This document shows positions 20,692-29,673 of a stretch of 64,000 bases of DNA, one piece after another (the first letter of the stretch is position 1; each line of letters opens with the position of its first letter). The stretch is from assembly GCA_963803435.1 (NCBI GenBank), contig CAWDML010000008.1, positions 288,001-352,000 on the forward strand. Reading direction: 5' to 3'. Below the pieces are notes generated by a model. It was not told the origin of the DNA, ran no database searches, and saw nothing but the letters and a program-made list of their open reading frames with translations. Source of the DNA: an uncultured delta proteobacterium. Its GTDB lineage: Bacteria > Myxococcota > Kuafuiibacteriia > Kuafuiibacteriales > Kuafuiibacteriaceae. The translations under genes were made by a program, and so were the position numbers.

Positions 20692-21383
20692 CTTGCGGTC
20701 TCTCCGATCTGATCGGATACGATCGATCCGTCCTTGAAGGTCACGACGCGCTCGGCGTAGCGGGCGATGCTGGGATCGTGGGTGACCAGGACGACGGTCA
20801 TCCCCTCCTGGTGCAGCTGGCAGAACAGCTCCATCACCTGTCCGGTGGTGGCCGAGTCGAGGGCGCCGGTCGGCTCGTCGGCCAGGAGGATGAGCGGCTG
20901 GTTCACGATGGCGCGGGCGATGGCGACGCGCTGCTGCTGGCCGCCCGACAGCTCGGTGGGGAGGTGGTCGACGCGGCCCTCCAGCCCGACCCGCTCGAGC
21001 GCCGCCAGCGCCTTCCTCCGGCGGACCGACGGACTCACGCCCCGATAGACCATCGGCAGCTCGACGTTCTCCACCGCCGAGTAGCGGGGCAGCAGGTTGA
21101 AGGACTGGAAGACGAACCCGATCTTGCGATTCCTGAGCTCGGAGAGGGCGTATTCGTCGTAGGCCTCGACGGCCTCGCCGTCGAGGAAGTACCGGCCCGA
21201 GTCCGGGCGGTCGAGGGTCCCCACCACGTTGAGGAGCGTCGATTTGCCCGAACCCGAGGCGCCCATGACGGCGACCATCTCTCCGCGCTGGATGGAGAAG
21301 GAGATCCCCCGGAGCGCGTGGAGCGCGACGTCGCCCATCCGGTAGACCCGCGCCACCTCTTCCAGCCGAACCAACGGCGTCAT
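20688..21383 (-). CDS. ABC transporter ATP-binding protein (LolD/MacB-type)
   Basis: GASGSGKST, LSGGQQQRVAIARA, ILLADEPTGALD, VTHD. Confidence 0.95.
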   Translation of the reverse strand: MTPLVRLEEVARVYRMGDVALHALRGISFSIQRGEMVAVMGASGSGKSTLLNVVGTLDRPDSGRYFLDGEAVEAYDEYALSELRNRKIGFVFQSFNLLPRYSAVENVELPMVYRGVSPSVRRRKALAALERVGLEGRVDHLPTELSGGQQQRVAIARAIVNQPLILLADEPTGALDSATTGQVMELFCQLHQEGMTVVLVTHDPSIARYAERVVTFKDGSIVSDQIGETAR

Positions 21384-21395
21384 GCCGGCGCCGTA

Positions 21396-21411
21396 CGCAA
21401 GCGGCGTACCG
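21396..21411 (-). promoter_or_regulatory. Sigma-54 (-24/-12) promoter of the ABC exporter operon
   Basis: Minus strand CGGTACGCCGCTTGCG = GG-N10-GC; -12 C lies 14 nt before ATG 21383. Confidence 0.65.
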
Positions 21412-21509
21412 TTGTCCACCCCTGCAGTCCCGGGTGTGCGTGCAGTCAAAAGGCTGCACCGCGCGCAGCCGGAGGAAGGCGGCCCGCCGGCCTGCGTACG
21501 ATGATTCGA

Positions 21510-22787
21510 ATGACGCTCAGTCCGCGCGTAATCGCCCAACGCACCATTCCTTCCGTGGCGCTGATCTCCACACCGACCGGGCTGGGGACCGGCTTCGTGG
21601 TGCGCGCCGACGGCCGCATCGCCACCAACCATCACGTGGTCGACGGCGCGCTCGAGGCGGTCGTGACCCTCGGCGAGGTCGAGTATCGAAACGTCCGCGT
21701 GGTGGCCTCCGACCCGAAGCACGACCTCGTGCTGCTCGCGATCGACGCCCTCGACCTGCCGGTGCTCCCGCTCGGCGACAGCACCGACGTTCACCCTGGG
21801 CAGGAGGTGGTCGCGATCGGGCATCCGCTCGGGCTTGGCAACACGATCAGCGACGGGCTCGTCAGCGGCATCCGCGAGCTGGGGCCCGGCATGCGCTTGC
21901 TCCAGGTGTCGGCGCCGATCTCCACCGGCTCGTCGGGTGGACCGCTCCTCGACGAGCAGGGCCGTGTCATCGGGATCTCCACCCTGGTGGTGACGAAGGG
22001 TCAGAACCTCAACTTCGGCGTGCCCGTGAACTACCTCAAGGAGCTGATGGCGGCGCCGGAATCGTCGATGACGCTGGCAGAGATGGCGCGCGACTACGTG
22101 CGTCCCGTCCCCGAGCGCTCCGTCCCTGCTCACGACCTGGCCGTGCTCGAGGACTGCTCCCCGGAAGAGGTCGCGATGGTCGAGCTCGAGATCGCCCGCG
22201 CGATCGGGGTAGGCGCGCCGCTCTACAACGACGGTCACCACGAGGCGTGCTTCCGCGTGTACGAGGGAACTGCGCTGTCGCTCCGCGACCGCCTCGGCTC
22301 GGTCAACCGGGTGGCGGCGGCGCTGATCGGCGGCGTCGAGACCGCGGCTCGGGCGCCGGACTACACCGCGAAGGCCTGGGCGATGCGGGACGCCTTCGAC
22401 GGCGTCCTCGACGTCATCGATCGCAAGCTGAGCGAGATGGGCGGCGCGAAGAAGAAGCTCGAGCGAAAGGTTCCGCAGCACGACCTCGCGCTCCTCGGCG
22501 GATGTCCCGACGAGGGTCTCGAGCAGATCACGTTCGCGATCGGCGACGCGATCGAGGTCGGTGCCCCGTTGTACAACGACGGGCACGCGGAGGCGTGCTT
22601 CCGTATCTATCAGGGGACGGCGCTCGAGCTCACCCAGCGCCTCGAGGGCTGCCCGGGGCCGGTGGGCGCCCTCGAGGAGGGGCTCGCCCGCGCCGACGGC
22701 GAGGACGGCTTCGAAGCAAAGGCCTGGGCGATGCGCGACACGTTCGACGGCCTGCTCCTGGTGATCAAGAAGCGCACCATGAACTGA
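21510..22787 (+). CDS. Trypsin-like (S1C) serine protease with two tandem C-terminal helical domains
   Basis: GTGF..IATNHHVV..HDL..GHPLG..GSSGGPL triad; no PDZ or signal peptide; start 21501 also possible. Confidence 0.88.
   Translation: MTLSPRVIAQRTIPSVALISTPTGLGTGFVVRADGRIATNHHVVDGALEAVVTLGEVEYRNVRVVASDPKHDLVLLAIDALDLPVLPLGDSTDVHPGQEVVAIGHPLGLGNTISDGLVSGIRELGPGMRLLQVSAPISTGSSGGPLLDEQGRVIGISTLVVTKGQNLNFGVPVNYLKELMAAPESSMTLAEMARDYVRPVPERSVPAHDLAVLEDCSPEEVAMVELEIARAIGVGAPLYNDGHHEACFRVYEGTALSLRDRLGSVNRVAAALIGGVETAARAPDYTAKAWAMRDAFDGVLDVIDRKLSEMGGAKKKLERKVPQHDLALLGGCPDEGLEQITFAIGDAIEVGAPLYNDGHAEACFRIYQGTALELTQRLEGCPGPVGALEEGLARADGEDGFEAKAWAMRDTFDGLLLVIKKRTMN
22113..22766 (+). repeat. Intragenic duplication of a 102-aa domain (22113-22418 and 22461-22766)
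   Basis: Both copies: ER.VP.HDLA.L..C..AI.VGAPLYNDGH.EACFR.Y.GTAL..KAWAMRD.FDG.L.VI. Confidence 0.9.
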
Positions 22788-22791
22788 GCGC

Positions 22792-24141
22792 GTGCGCGCG
22801 ATCGTAGCTGTTGTCGAACCGCGTGTTCGAACGAAGGATAGAAGGGCGTTGATCACCGGGACCGCAACCACCCCGTTGATCGCTGCGGCCCTCGTGCTCC
22901 TGCCGAGCCTCGCCGTCGCGGACCCGATCGCCGAGCCCGAGGCGCTGCTCTCCCAACGCGGTGTGAAGCTGGTGGCGATCGAGTTCGGTGCGCGCTGGTG
23001 TCCAGGGTGCGTCGCGTCGGCGCCGCGCTGGGAGGCGCTGCGACAGGGCCATCGCGCCGACGGGCTCCGCGTGGTGGTGGTGGCCGTCCGCGATCCGGCG
23101 TGCAGCGCGGCCGACTGGACGGCGGACCAGGTGATCTGCGATCTCGACGGCGCGTTGGCGGCGCGCTTCGGGGTCGAGCGGATCCCGTCGGCGTTTCTGC
23201 TCAGCTGGGACGGACGGACGCTGGTCAGCCGCGGTGAGGTCGAGGAGGTGGAGCGCGGCGTCGAGCGCTGGCTTCACGAGCGCCCGCGCGTGGCCGTCTC
23301 GGTGGTGTCGAGCGGCGGCGTGTCGCCCGAGGCCCTCGAGGGGCTGGTGCGCGCGGAGCTCGTCGAGGAAGGCAAGCTCGAGGTGGTGGCCACCGCGGCC
23401 GAGCGACGGCGGCTCCACCGGTTGGCGCGGCGATCCTTCGCGGCGAGCTTCGACGAGCGCCTCCAGTGCGAGTTGGGACAGGAGGTCCCAGCCAACTCTC
23501 TGCTCGAAGTGTCTGTCGTAGGCGGCGACCTCGTCCTCCAGCTCCTCTCTGCGGAGCGCGGTTGTCTCATCTCGTCCAGCATCCGGCCGTGGGATCGATC
23601 CGATGTGGCCGGATCCGTGCGTGACGCCGTCGCCGGCATGGGGAGAGCGACTCCGGAGCGGAGGAGGGCGCGCCCGAGACCGGCCAGCCGCCACGCCCGG
23701 GCCAAGGCCGCCTTCGATCGCATCCAGCCGCGCTTCGAGGCGTATCGACGCCTGGAGGTGACCCTCGAGCAGCGCGCCCTGAAGGACAAGGCGGACGCCG
23801 CCGAGGCGCTGGCCCGCGAGTATCGCGGCGTGATGGAGCACGGCGATCCGAGGCTCGGGGTCGCGGCGCGCGTGCGGATCGCCGAGATCTATCTCGACTT
23901 CGCCGAGGGCATTCGAGGGGCCCCGCTGCCGGACGGCGTGACCGATCGCGCCGAGCTCGACGCCATCGCGCGGGGGCCGGAGCAGCGGGCCAAGGAGGCC
24001 CTCGACGAGGGGCTCGTCCTGGCCCGGCGCCGTGGCGTCCGCGGACTCTGGCGGAACCGGCTCGAGGATCAGCTGGAGCGGCTCAGCGCCGAAGCCGCTC
24101 GCCGACAAAGTAGATCCCGCCCGCGATCAGGAACCCAGTGA
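22792..24141 (+). CDS. Hypothetical exported protein with thioredoxin-like CxxC domain
   Basis: Hydrophobic leader, IEFGARWCPGC, FGVERIPSAFL; 3' end overlaps the convergent NCS1 gene by 59 bp; start uncertain. Confidence 0.65.
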   Translation: MRAIVAVVEPRVRTKDRRALITGTATTPLIAAALVLLPSLAVADPIAEPEALLSQRGVKLVAIEFGARWCPGCVASAPRWEALRQGHRADGLRVVVVAVRDPACSAADWTADQVICDLDGALAARFGVERIPSAFLLSWDGRTLVSRGEVEEVERGVERWLHERPRVAVSVVSSGGVSPEALEGLVRAELVEEGKLEVVATAAERRRLHRLARRSFAASFDERLQCELGQEVPANSLLEVSVVGGDLVLQLLSAERGCLISSSIRPWDRSDVAGSVRDAVAGMGRATPERRRARPRPASRHARAKAAFDRIQPRFEAYRRLEVTLEQRALKDKADAAEALAREYRGVMEHGDPRLGVAARVRIAEIYLDFAEGIRGAPLPDGVTDRAELDAIARGPEQRAKEALDEGLVLARRRGVRGLWRNRLEDQLERLSAEAARRQSRSRPRSGTQ

Positions 24142-25618
24142 ACCAGGCGTAGACGTAGAGGTCGTCGAAAAAGTTCGGCGGCCCCTCGATCAAGTGCGCG
24201 CTCTTGAGGAACCCCGGGATGTTCGGGAGCACGCCCGCGATCAGCGCGCCGACCGCCACCGGATTGACGCCGGCATAGCGGCCGTTCTTGCGATAGAGAT
24301 CCGGGACGTCGAGGTCGCGGTCGCGCAGGAGCCAATAGTCGACCACCATGATCCCGGCGATGGGCCCCAGCAGCGCCGAGTATCCGATCAGCCAGTTGAA
24401 GATGTACGTCTCGGCGCTCGAGAGCAGCTTCCACGGCATGATGAGGATGCCGAGGATGCCGGTGATGAGGCCGCCGGTCTTGAACGAGATGTAGCGCGGC
24501 GCCAGGTTCGCGAAGTCGTTCGCGGGGCTGACGACGTTGGCGGCGATGTTCACCGAGACGGTGGCGATGCCGACACCCAAGAGGGCGACCACCGCGACCA
24601 GCAGCCGGAGCGTGCCGGAGGCGATCAGCGGCTCGGTGAGGCCCTCGGGCGGCGTGGAGGCGGTGAGCTGCGAGAGGATGAAGACCGGATCCCAGAGCTT
24701 GCCCGGGTCGATGCCGCGCAGGATGGCTTGCGCGGCGCTGGTGATGATGACGCCCATCGCCGAGAACGCGACCATCGTCGTGGGGAGGCCGAGCGTCTGG
24801 CCGACCAGCTGCTCGCGCTGTCCCTTTCCGAAGCGCGTGAAGTCGGGGATGTTGAGCGACAGGGTCGCCCAGAAGCCGATCATCCCGGTGAGGGAGGGGA
24901 TGAAGACCTTCCAGAACGCACCGACCGTCTCGAACTTGGAGGGATGCGTGAGCATGGGGCCGAGGCCGCCGGCCGCGCTGATCGCCCAAATCATGAGGAC
25001 AGCGGCCATGACCAGGACGAGCGGCGCGGCCCAGTTCTCGAAGTGTCGTACCGCGTTCATACCGCGGTAGATGATGAAGATGTTCAGCGCCCAGAAGATC
25101 AGAAACGTGATCGCGCTGGGGATGCTGAGCCCGGCGATGCTGACGCCCTCGGCCAGGTGGCCGTAGGCGGGCCAGATCGCCTCGAGGAACGTCTTGACCG
25201 CCTCGCCGCCGATGAACGTCTGGATGCCGAACCAGCCGCACGCGACGATCGCGCGGAGGACGGCGGGGATGTTGGCGCCGGCGGTGCCGAATGAGGCGCG
25301 CGCGAGCACGGGAAAGGGGATGCCGTACTTGGTGCCCGGGTGGGCGTTGAGGAGGATCGGCACGAGGACGATCAGGTTGCCGAGGCCGATCGTGAGGAGC
25401 GCCTGCCACCAGTTCATGCCGACCGCGATCAACCCGCCGGCCAGCATGTACGTGGGGATGCAGTGCGCCATCGAGATCCAGAGCGCGGCGAAGTTATACG
25501 TGGTCCACACCCGGCGGCTCGCGGGGACCGGCGCCAGATCGGGGTTGAACAGCGGGCTGTCGGCGACGTCCGCGGGCAGCGCCGCCAGGGCCTCTTTGAG
25601 CAGCTCGGGATCATGCAT
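24083..25618 (-). CDS. NCS1 nucleobase:cation symporter-1 (allantoin/uracil/hydantoin permease-like)
   Basis: GTKYGIPFPVLARASFG, ACGWFGIQT, FWATLSLNIPDFTRF, NIAANVVSPANDF. Confidence 0.93.
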   Translation of the reverse strand: MHDPELLKEALAALPADVADSPLFNPDLAPVPASRRVWTTYNFAALWISMAHCIPTYMLAGGLIAVGMNWWQALLTIGLGNLIVLVPILLNAHPGTKYGIPFPVLARASFGTAGANIPAVLRAIVACGWFGIQTFIGGEAVKTFLEAIWPAYGHLAEGVSIAGLSIPSAITFLIFWALNIFIIYRGMNAVRHFENWAAPLVLVMAAVLMIWAISAAGGLGPMLTHPSKFETVGAFWKVFIPSLTGMIGFWATLSLNIPDFTRFGKGQREQLVGQTLGLPTTMVAFSAMGVIITSAAQAILRGIDPGKLWDPVFILSQLTASTPPEGLTEPLIASGTLRLLVAVVALLGVGIATVSVNIAANVVSPANDFANLAPRYISFKTGGLITGILGILIMPWKLLSSAETYIFNWLIGYSALLGPIAGIMVVDYWLLRDRDLDVPDLYRKNGRYAGVNPVAVGALIAGVLPNIPGFLKSAHLIEGPPNFFDDLYVYAWFTGFLIAGGIYFVGERLRR

Positions 25619-26918
25619 CGATTCTCTCCTCGAGGTCGTGGGCCTTACGGGCGGCGAGACGCCACAGCGAGAGCAGGCTCACGACGGACGCGATCGCGAG
25701 ATAGACCGCGATCGACAGCGAAGACTTGTACTTCTGGAAGAGCCACACCGCGATCAGGGGCGCCGGTCCGCCGGAGGTGATCGACGCCAGCTGATAACCG
25801 AGCGACGACCCGCTGTAGCGCAGGCGATCCGGGAAGCTCTCCGCGATCACCGCCGCCTGTGGGCTGTACTGGAGATCGTGGATCGGCTGCGCCACCACCA
25901 TGGCGGCGAAGATCAGCAGGGCGGAGCCGGTGTCGAGCAGCGCGAAGTAGACGAACGGCCAGACCAGCATGACCGCGCACCCGATCGCGATCAGGCGGCG
26001 CCGGCCGATCCGATCGGAGACCACGCCCCAGAGCGGGATCGCCAGCATGGAGACGAGCGCCGCGATCATCACGTTGGTGAGGACGGCGCCGCGCTCCTGT
26101 CCGAGCGTCTGCGTGGCGTAGGTGAGCGCGAAGGTGGTGAAGATGTAGAAGGAGCTCTGCTGGCTGGTGCGGAGGAGCGCGGTCAGCAGGACCTCCCGCC
26201 AGTTGTGGCGGAGCACGCCTGCCACCGGCGTCCGCTCGACGCGGCCCTCCTCGACCATCTTCGCGAACACCGGCGTCTCGAGGATCCCGGTCCGGATGTA
26301 GAAGCCGATCCCGACCAGGACGATGCTCAAGAGGAAGGGTACCCGCCAGCCCCACTTCACGAAGTCGTCGCCCGAGATCCAGGTCATCAGCGAGAGGGCG
26401 CCGTTGGCCAGCACCAGCCCGACCGGCGCCCCCCACTGCGGCCAGCTCGCGGTGAAGCCGCGGTTCTTCTTCTCGCCCCACTCGGTGGCCAGCAGGACCG
26501 AGCCACCCCACTCGCCGCCCACGCCGATCCCCTGGAGGACGCGACCGATCGTGAGGAGCACCGCACCGGTCATTCCGGCGGAGGAGTAGTCGGGGACCAG
26601 GCCGATCGCGCTGGTGGCGACGCCCATCAGGAGCAGCGTGGCGATCAGCGACGCCTTGCGCCCGATGCGGTCACCGTAGTGCCCGAAGATGGCGGCGCCG
26701 AGCGGACGCGAGAGGAACCCCACGAAGTACGTGGAGAACGCCAGCAGCGTGCCGACGTACGGCTCCGACTTGGGGAAGAAGCGCTCGGGAAAGACGAGCG
26801 CGGCCGCCACACCGTAGAGGAAGAAGTCGTACCACTCGATCGCGGTGCCGACCGCCGAGGCGATCACGGCCCGGCGGAGCATCCGGCGGCGATCGGCGGG
26901 CTCCATCCGATCGCTCAT
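25611..26918 (-). CDS. MFS metabolite:H+ symporter (ShiA/ProP-like)
   Basis: GTAIEWYDFFLYG, FGHYGDRIGRK, GGEWGG, WGWRVPFL. Confidence 0.93.
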   Translation of the reverse strand: MSDRMEPADRRRMLRRAVIASAVGTAIEWYDFFLYGVAAALVFPERFFPKSEPYVGTLLAFSTYFVGFLSRPLGAAIFGHYGDRIGRKASLIATLLLMGVATSAIGLVPDYSSAGMTGAVLLTIGRVLQGIGVGGEWGGSVLLATEWGEKKNRGFTASWPQWGAPVGLVLANGALSLMTWISGDDFVKWGWRVPFLLSIVLVGIGFYIRTGILETPVFAKMVEEGRVERTPVAGVLRHNWREVLLTALLRTSQQSSFYIFTTFALTYATQTLGQERGAVLTNVMIAALVSMLAIPLWGVVSDRIGRRRLIAIGCAVMLVWPFVYFALLDTGSALLIFAAMVVAQPIHDLQYSPQAAVIAESFPDRLRYSGSSLGYQLASITSGGPAPLIAVWLFQKYKSSLSIAVYLAIASVVSLLSLWRLAARKAHDLEERIDA

Positions 26919-26926
26919 AACCTTTT

Positions 26927-26935
26927 TGCTATCCT
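26927..26935 (+). promoter_or_regulatory. Extended -10 element of ppa (probable leaderless mRNA)
   Basis: TGcTATCCT followed by 6 nt then ATG 26942; no SD; only 23 bp separate the divergent start codons. Confidence 0.55.
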
Positions 26936-26941
26936 CCTGCC

Positions 26942-27565
26942 ATGGACCGATCGCTCTCGTTCCGCCCCCATCCCTGGCACGGCCTCGATCCCGGCCCGCG
27001 CTTCCCTGAGGTGGTGGTCGCGTACATCGAGATCGTCCCGACCGACGGAGTGAAGTACGAGATCGACAAGCACTCCGGCTATCTCAAGGTCGATCGGCCG
27101 CAGCGGTTCTCCAGCTTCTGCCCGACCCTTTACGGCTTCGTCCCGCGGACCTACTGCGGCGCGTCGGTGGCGAGCCTGTTGCTACCGGGCAGCCCCGCGG
27201 TGGAGCGCGGCGATGGCGATCCGCTCGACATCTGCGTCCTCACGGATCGACCCATCTCCCGTGGCGAGATCCTCCTCGAGGCCCGGCCGATCGGCGGCCT
27301 CCGGATGGTCGAGAAGAGCGAGGCCGACGACAAGATCATCGCCGTGCTGATCGGGGACCCCACCTTCGGTGAGCTCACCGACGTCGCCGACCTCCCCCGG
27401 CCGATCGTGGATCGCCTGCGACATTACTTCCTCACGTACAAGCAGATCCCGGGCGACACCGATCCCACGATCAGCGTCGATCCGATCTACGGTCACGCCT
27501 TCGCCCGCTCGGTGCTCGCCGCCTCGCAGCAGGACTACGAGCGCGAGTTCCCTGCGAACCGCTAA
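26942..27565 (+). CDS. ppa: Family I inorganic pyrophosphatase
   Basis: HPWHG, KYEIDK..L.VDR, YGFVPRT, GDGDPLDICVL, EADDKIIAV. Confidence 0.95.
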   Translation: MDRSLSFRPHPWHGLDPGPRFPEVVVAYIEIVPTDGVKYEIDKHSGYLKVDRPQRFSSFCPTLYGFVPRTYCGASVASLLLPGSPAVERGDGDPLDICVLTDRPISRGEILLEARPIGGLRMVEKSEADDKIIAVLIGDPTFGELTDVADLPRPIVDRLRHYFLTYKQIPGDTDPTISVDPIYGHAFARSVLAASQQDYEREFPANR

Positions 27566-27653
27566 CGAGCTCGACAGCTGGAGCGGAGCAGCGAATACCA
27601 GAACGCCGAAACAGGGAGCAGCGAACGATCGGAGGGGTCAGGACCGGTTCTAC

Positions 27654-28694
27654 CTAACGGAACAGCCCGGGGATCAAGAAGCTCGCCCGAGCGGTCGGAT
27701 CGCTCGCGCTGCCCGAGAGGATCGCACCTGCGATCACCTGCGCTTCGGTCTCCCAGCTGCCGGTCAGCTCCCCCTGCACGTGACGGATGATCGCGACGCT
27801 CTCCTCGAGCCCTCGACGCGCGAGCAGGCCGGCGGCGACCAGCGTCTCCTCGGCCGATCCGCTCCCTCGCGTCGCCGAGAGCAGCGCGCGCGCCTCGTCG
27901 GGATCGCGCCCCGACATCACCAGGGCGGCGGTGATCGCGCCAGGCAGATCCAGCGCACGCCCGGCGCGCGCGCGTGCGTCGTCCACCGAGAGCCCGCCGA
28001 GGAGCGCTGCAGCGGCGACCCGAGGATCCTCGAGCGCGCCGATGATCGCGCGCGCGTGCGGCGCATCGAGCGGGGCGAGCAGGGCGGCCGACCGCGCCAC
28101 GCCCGGCGGCGCGTCGAGCGCCCGCGCGAACGCCGGCGGATCGGCATGGGGGGAGAGCAGGGCCACCGGGGGGAGCTCGTCGTTGGCCAGCGTGCGCAGC
28201 CGACGGGCGGCCTCGTCGGGGGGACGGCCGCTCAGGATCGCCGCCGCGATCGCGTCGGGATCGTCGACGGCGCGGACGACGGCCTCGGCATACGCGACCG
28301 CGTCGTCGGCGCTCCGCCCGACGGCCAGGCCTCCGTACGCCGCCGCCGCCTTGACCGGCCAGTCGCCGGGCACCTCACGCTGGATCTTCTCGGCCACCCG
28401 GATCAGCGCGCGTGCATGCGTCCGTGTCTTGTCCTGATAGAACCGCTCCACGAGCTGCGCGGTGCGGCGCTCGAGGCTGCTGTCAGGCTCGGCCGGTGCG
28501 GCGGGAAAGATCCGCTGCCACCAGTGCGAAGGCTCGCCGGAGGGACGCGCCGCCGCTTCGCGATCGAGCGCCGCCCACACGTCCCCGCGCAGCTTCCTCA
28601 GGGCCGGCTCGAGTGCATCGAACTCTTCATTGGTTTCGGCGCCCGCGATCTGCGCTTCGAGCGCACCGAAGCGGGCTTCGAGGGCGGGGTCCAC
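27654..28694 (-). CDS. Hypothetical Ala-rich helical protein
   Basis: 346-aa ORF starting 10 bp after the response regulator in the same operon; no recognisable motif. Confidence 0.55.
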   Translation of the reverse strand: MDPALEARFGALEAQIAGAETNEEFDALEPALRKLRGDVWAALDREAAARPSGEPSHWWQRIFPAAPAEPDSSLERRTAQLVERFYQDKTRTHARALIRVAEKIQREVPGDWPVKAAAAYGGLAVGRSADDAVAYAEAVVRAVDDPDAIAAAILSGRPPDEAARRLRTLANDELPPVALLSPHADPPAFARALDAPPGVARSAALLAPLDAPHARAIIGALEDPRVAAAALLGGLSVDDARARAGRALDLPGAITAALVMSGRDPDEARALLSATRGSGSAEETLVAAGLLARRGLEESVAIIRHVQGELTGSWETEAQVIAGAILSGSASDPTARASFLIPGLFR

Positions 28695-28704
28695 CCGATC
28701 GACT

Positions 28705-29181
28705 CTACACGAACGTCTTTAGGATCTCTTGCTGAATACCTTGCAGGTCGGAGTAGGCCTTGTTGATCTCGTTGATCTTCTCCGCGAGCTTGTGGACCAG
28801 GTGCCGCTTCTCCAGCGCGTTGCGGATCACCAGCCTGAGGTCGTCGTTGTCCCAGGGCTTCTCGATGTACTGATAGAGGCCGACCTCGTTGATCCCTTTG
28901 ATCGCGTTCTCTTTGTCGGCGTAGCCGGTGAGGATGATCCGGGGCGCTTCGGGCTGAAGCTCGCGCACGCGGGCGAGGAAGCTGATGCCGTCCATCTCCG
29001 GCATCAGGTAGTCGGAGATGACCAGGTCCACGCCGTGGGCCTTCACGAACTCGAGAGCCTGCTTCGCCGAGGTGAACGTCTGCACCTCGTACTCCGTCTC
29101 GAGGGAGAGGTAGGCGCTCAGGCTAGTGAGGACCATGTCCTCATCGTCGACGATGACGATCTTCTCCGAGTCCGAGCTCAT
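28705..29181 (-). CDS. Response regulator, receiver domain with short coiled-coil tail
   Basis: IVIVDDE, VISDYLMPEMDG, ILTGYAD, YIEKPW; GAGGAG RBS. Confidence 0.93.
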   Translation of the reverse strand: MSSDSEKIVIVDDEDMVLTSLSAYLSLETEYEVQTFTSAKQALEFVKAHGVDLVISDYLMPEMDGISFLARVRELQPEAPRIILTGYADKENAIKGINEVGLYQYIEKPWDNDDLRLVIRNALEKRHLVHKLAEKINEINKAYSDLQGIQQEILKTFV

Positions 29182-29231
29182 CGGCGTTGCTCCTCGCCGA
29201 CGGGACGGCGCCCGTCAAGCAGTTCGCGCGT

Positions 29232-29669
29232 TCACGGGCTTCCGCGTGCCTGAACGTTCCGTCCCAGCGCACGCAAGCGGCGCACGATGGCCTTGAGGAC
29301 CCCCTGGGTGATCTGCACGTTGTCGGCGAGCACGTCGATGAAGTCGGCCTTGTCGATCCGGAGGACCCGGCTCTCCTCGAGCGCGGTGGCGTCGGTGACG
29401 CGCGGCTCGTCGTCGAACAGCGCCCAGGTCCCGAAGGCCTCCCGGTTGCGGGCGACCAGCACCTCGGTCGGGCCTCGGTGGAGTCGGATGGCGCCCTCGA
29501 GGACCAGGTACATCGAGTCCGAGGGGCCCTCGGCCTGGTAGAGCTTGTCGTCCTTCTCGACGACCGACTCCTCGGCGATCGCGGCCAGGATCGCGAGCTG
29601 CTCCGTCGGCACCTCGGAGAAGACGTCGACGTCCTGGAGAAAGATCACCTTCTCGATGACGGTCAGCAA
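29232..29669 (-). CDS. Stand-alone cyclic-nucleotide-binding domain protein
   Basis: EKVIFLQDVDVFS..G.PSDSMYLVLEG..FGTWALFDDEPR..ATA. Confidence 0.85.
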   Translation of the reverse strand: MLTVIEKVIFLQDVDVFSEVPTEQLAILAAIAEESVVEKDDKLYQAEGPSDSMYLVLEGAIRLHRGPTEVLVARNREAFGTWALFDDEPRVTDATALEESRVLRIDKADFIDVLADNVQITQGVLKAIVRRLRALGRNVQARGSP

Positions 29670-29673
29670 CCGC

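Noticed and set aside
27634-27668. Resemblance to SRP RNA domain IV (GGTCAGGACCG..CGGAACAGCCC)
   Set aside because: Lacks the GNRA tetraloop and AGCAG strand, has no long enclosing stem, and overlaps a CDS end.
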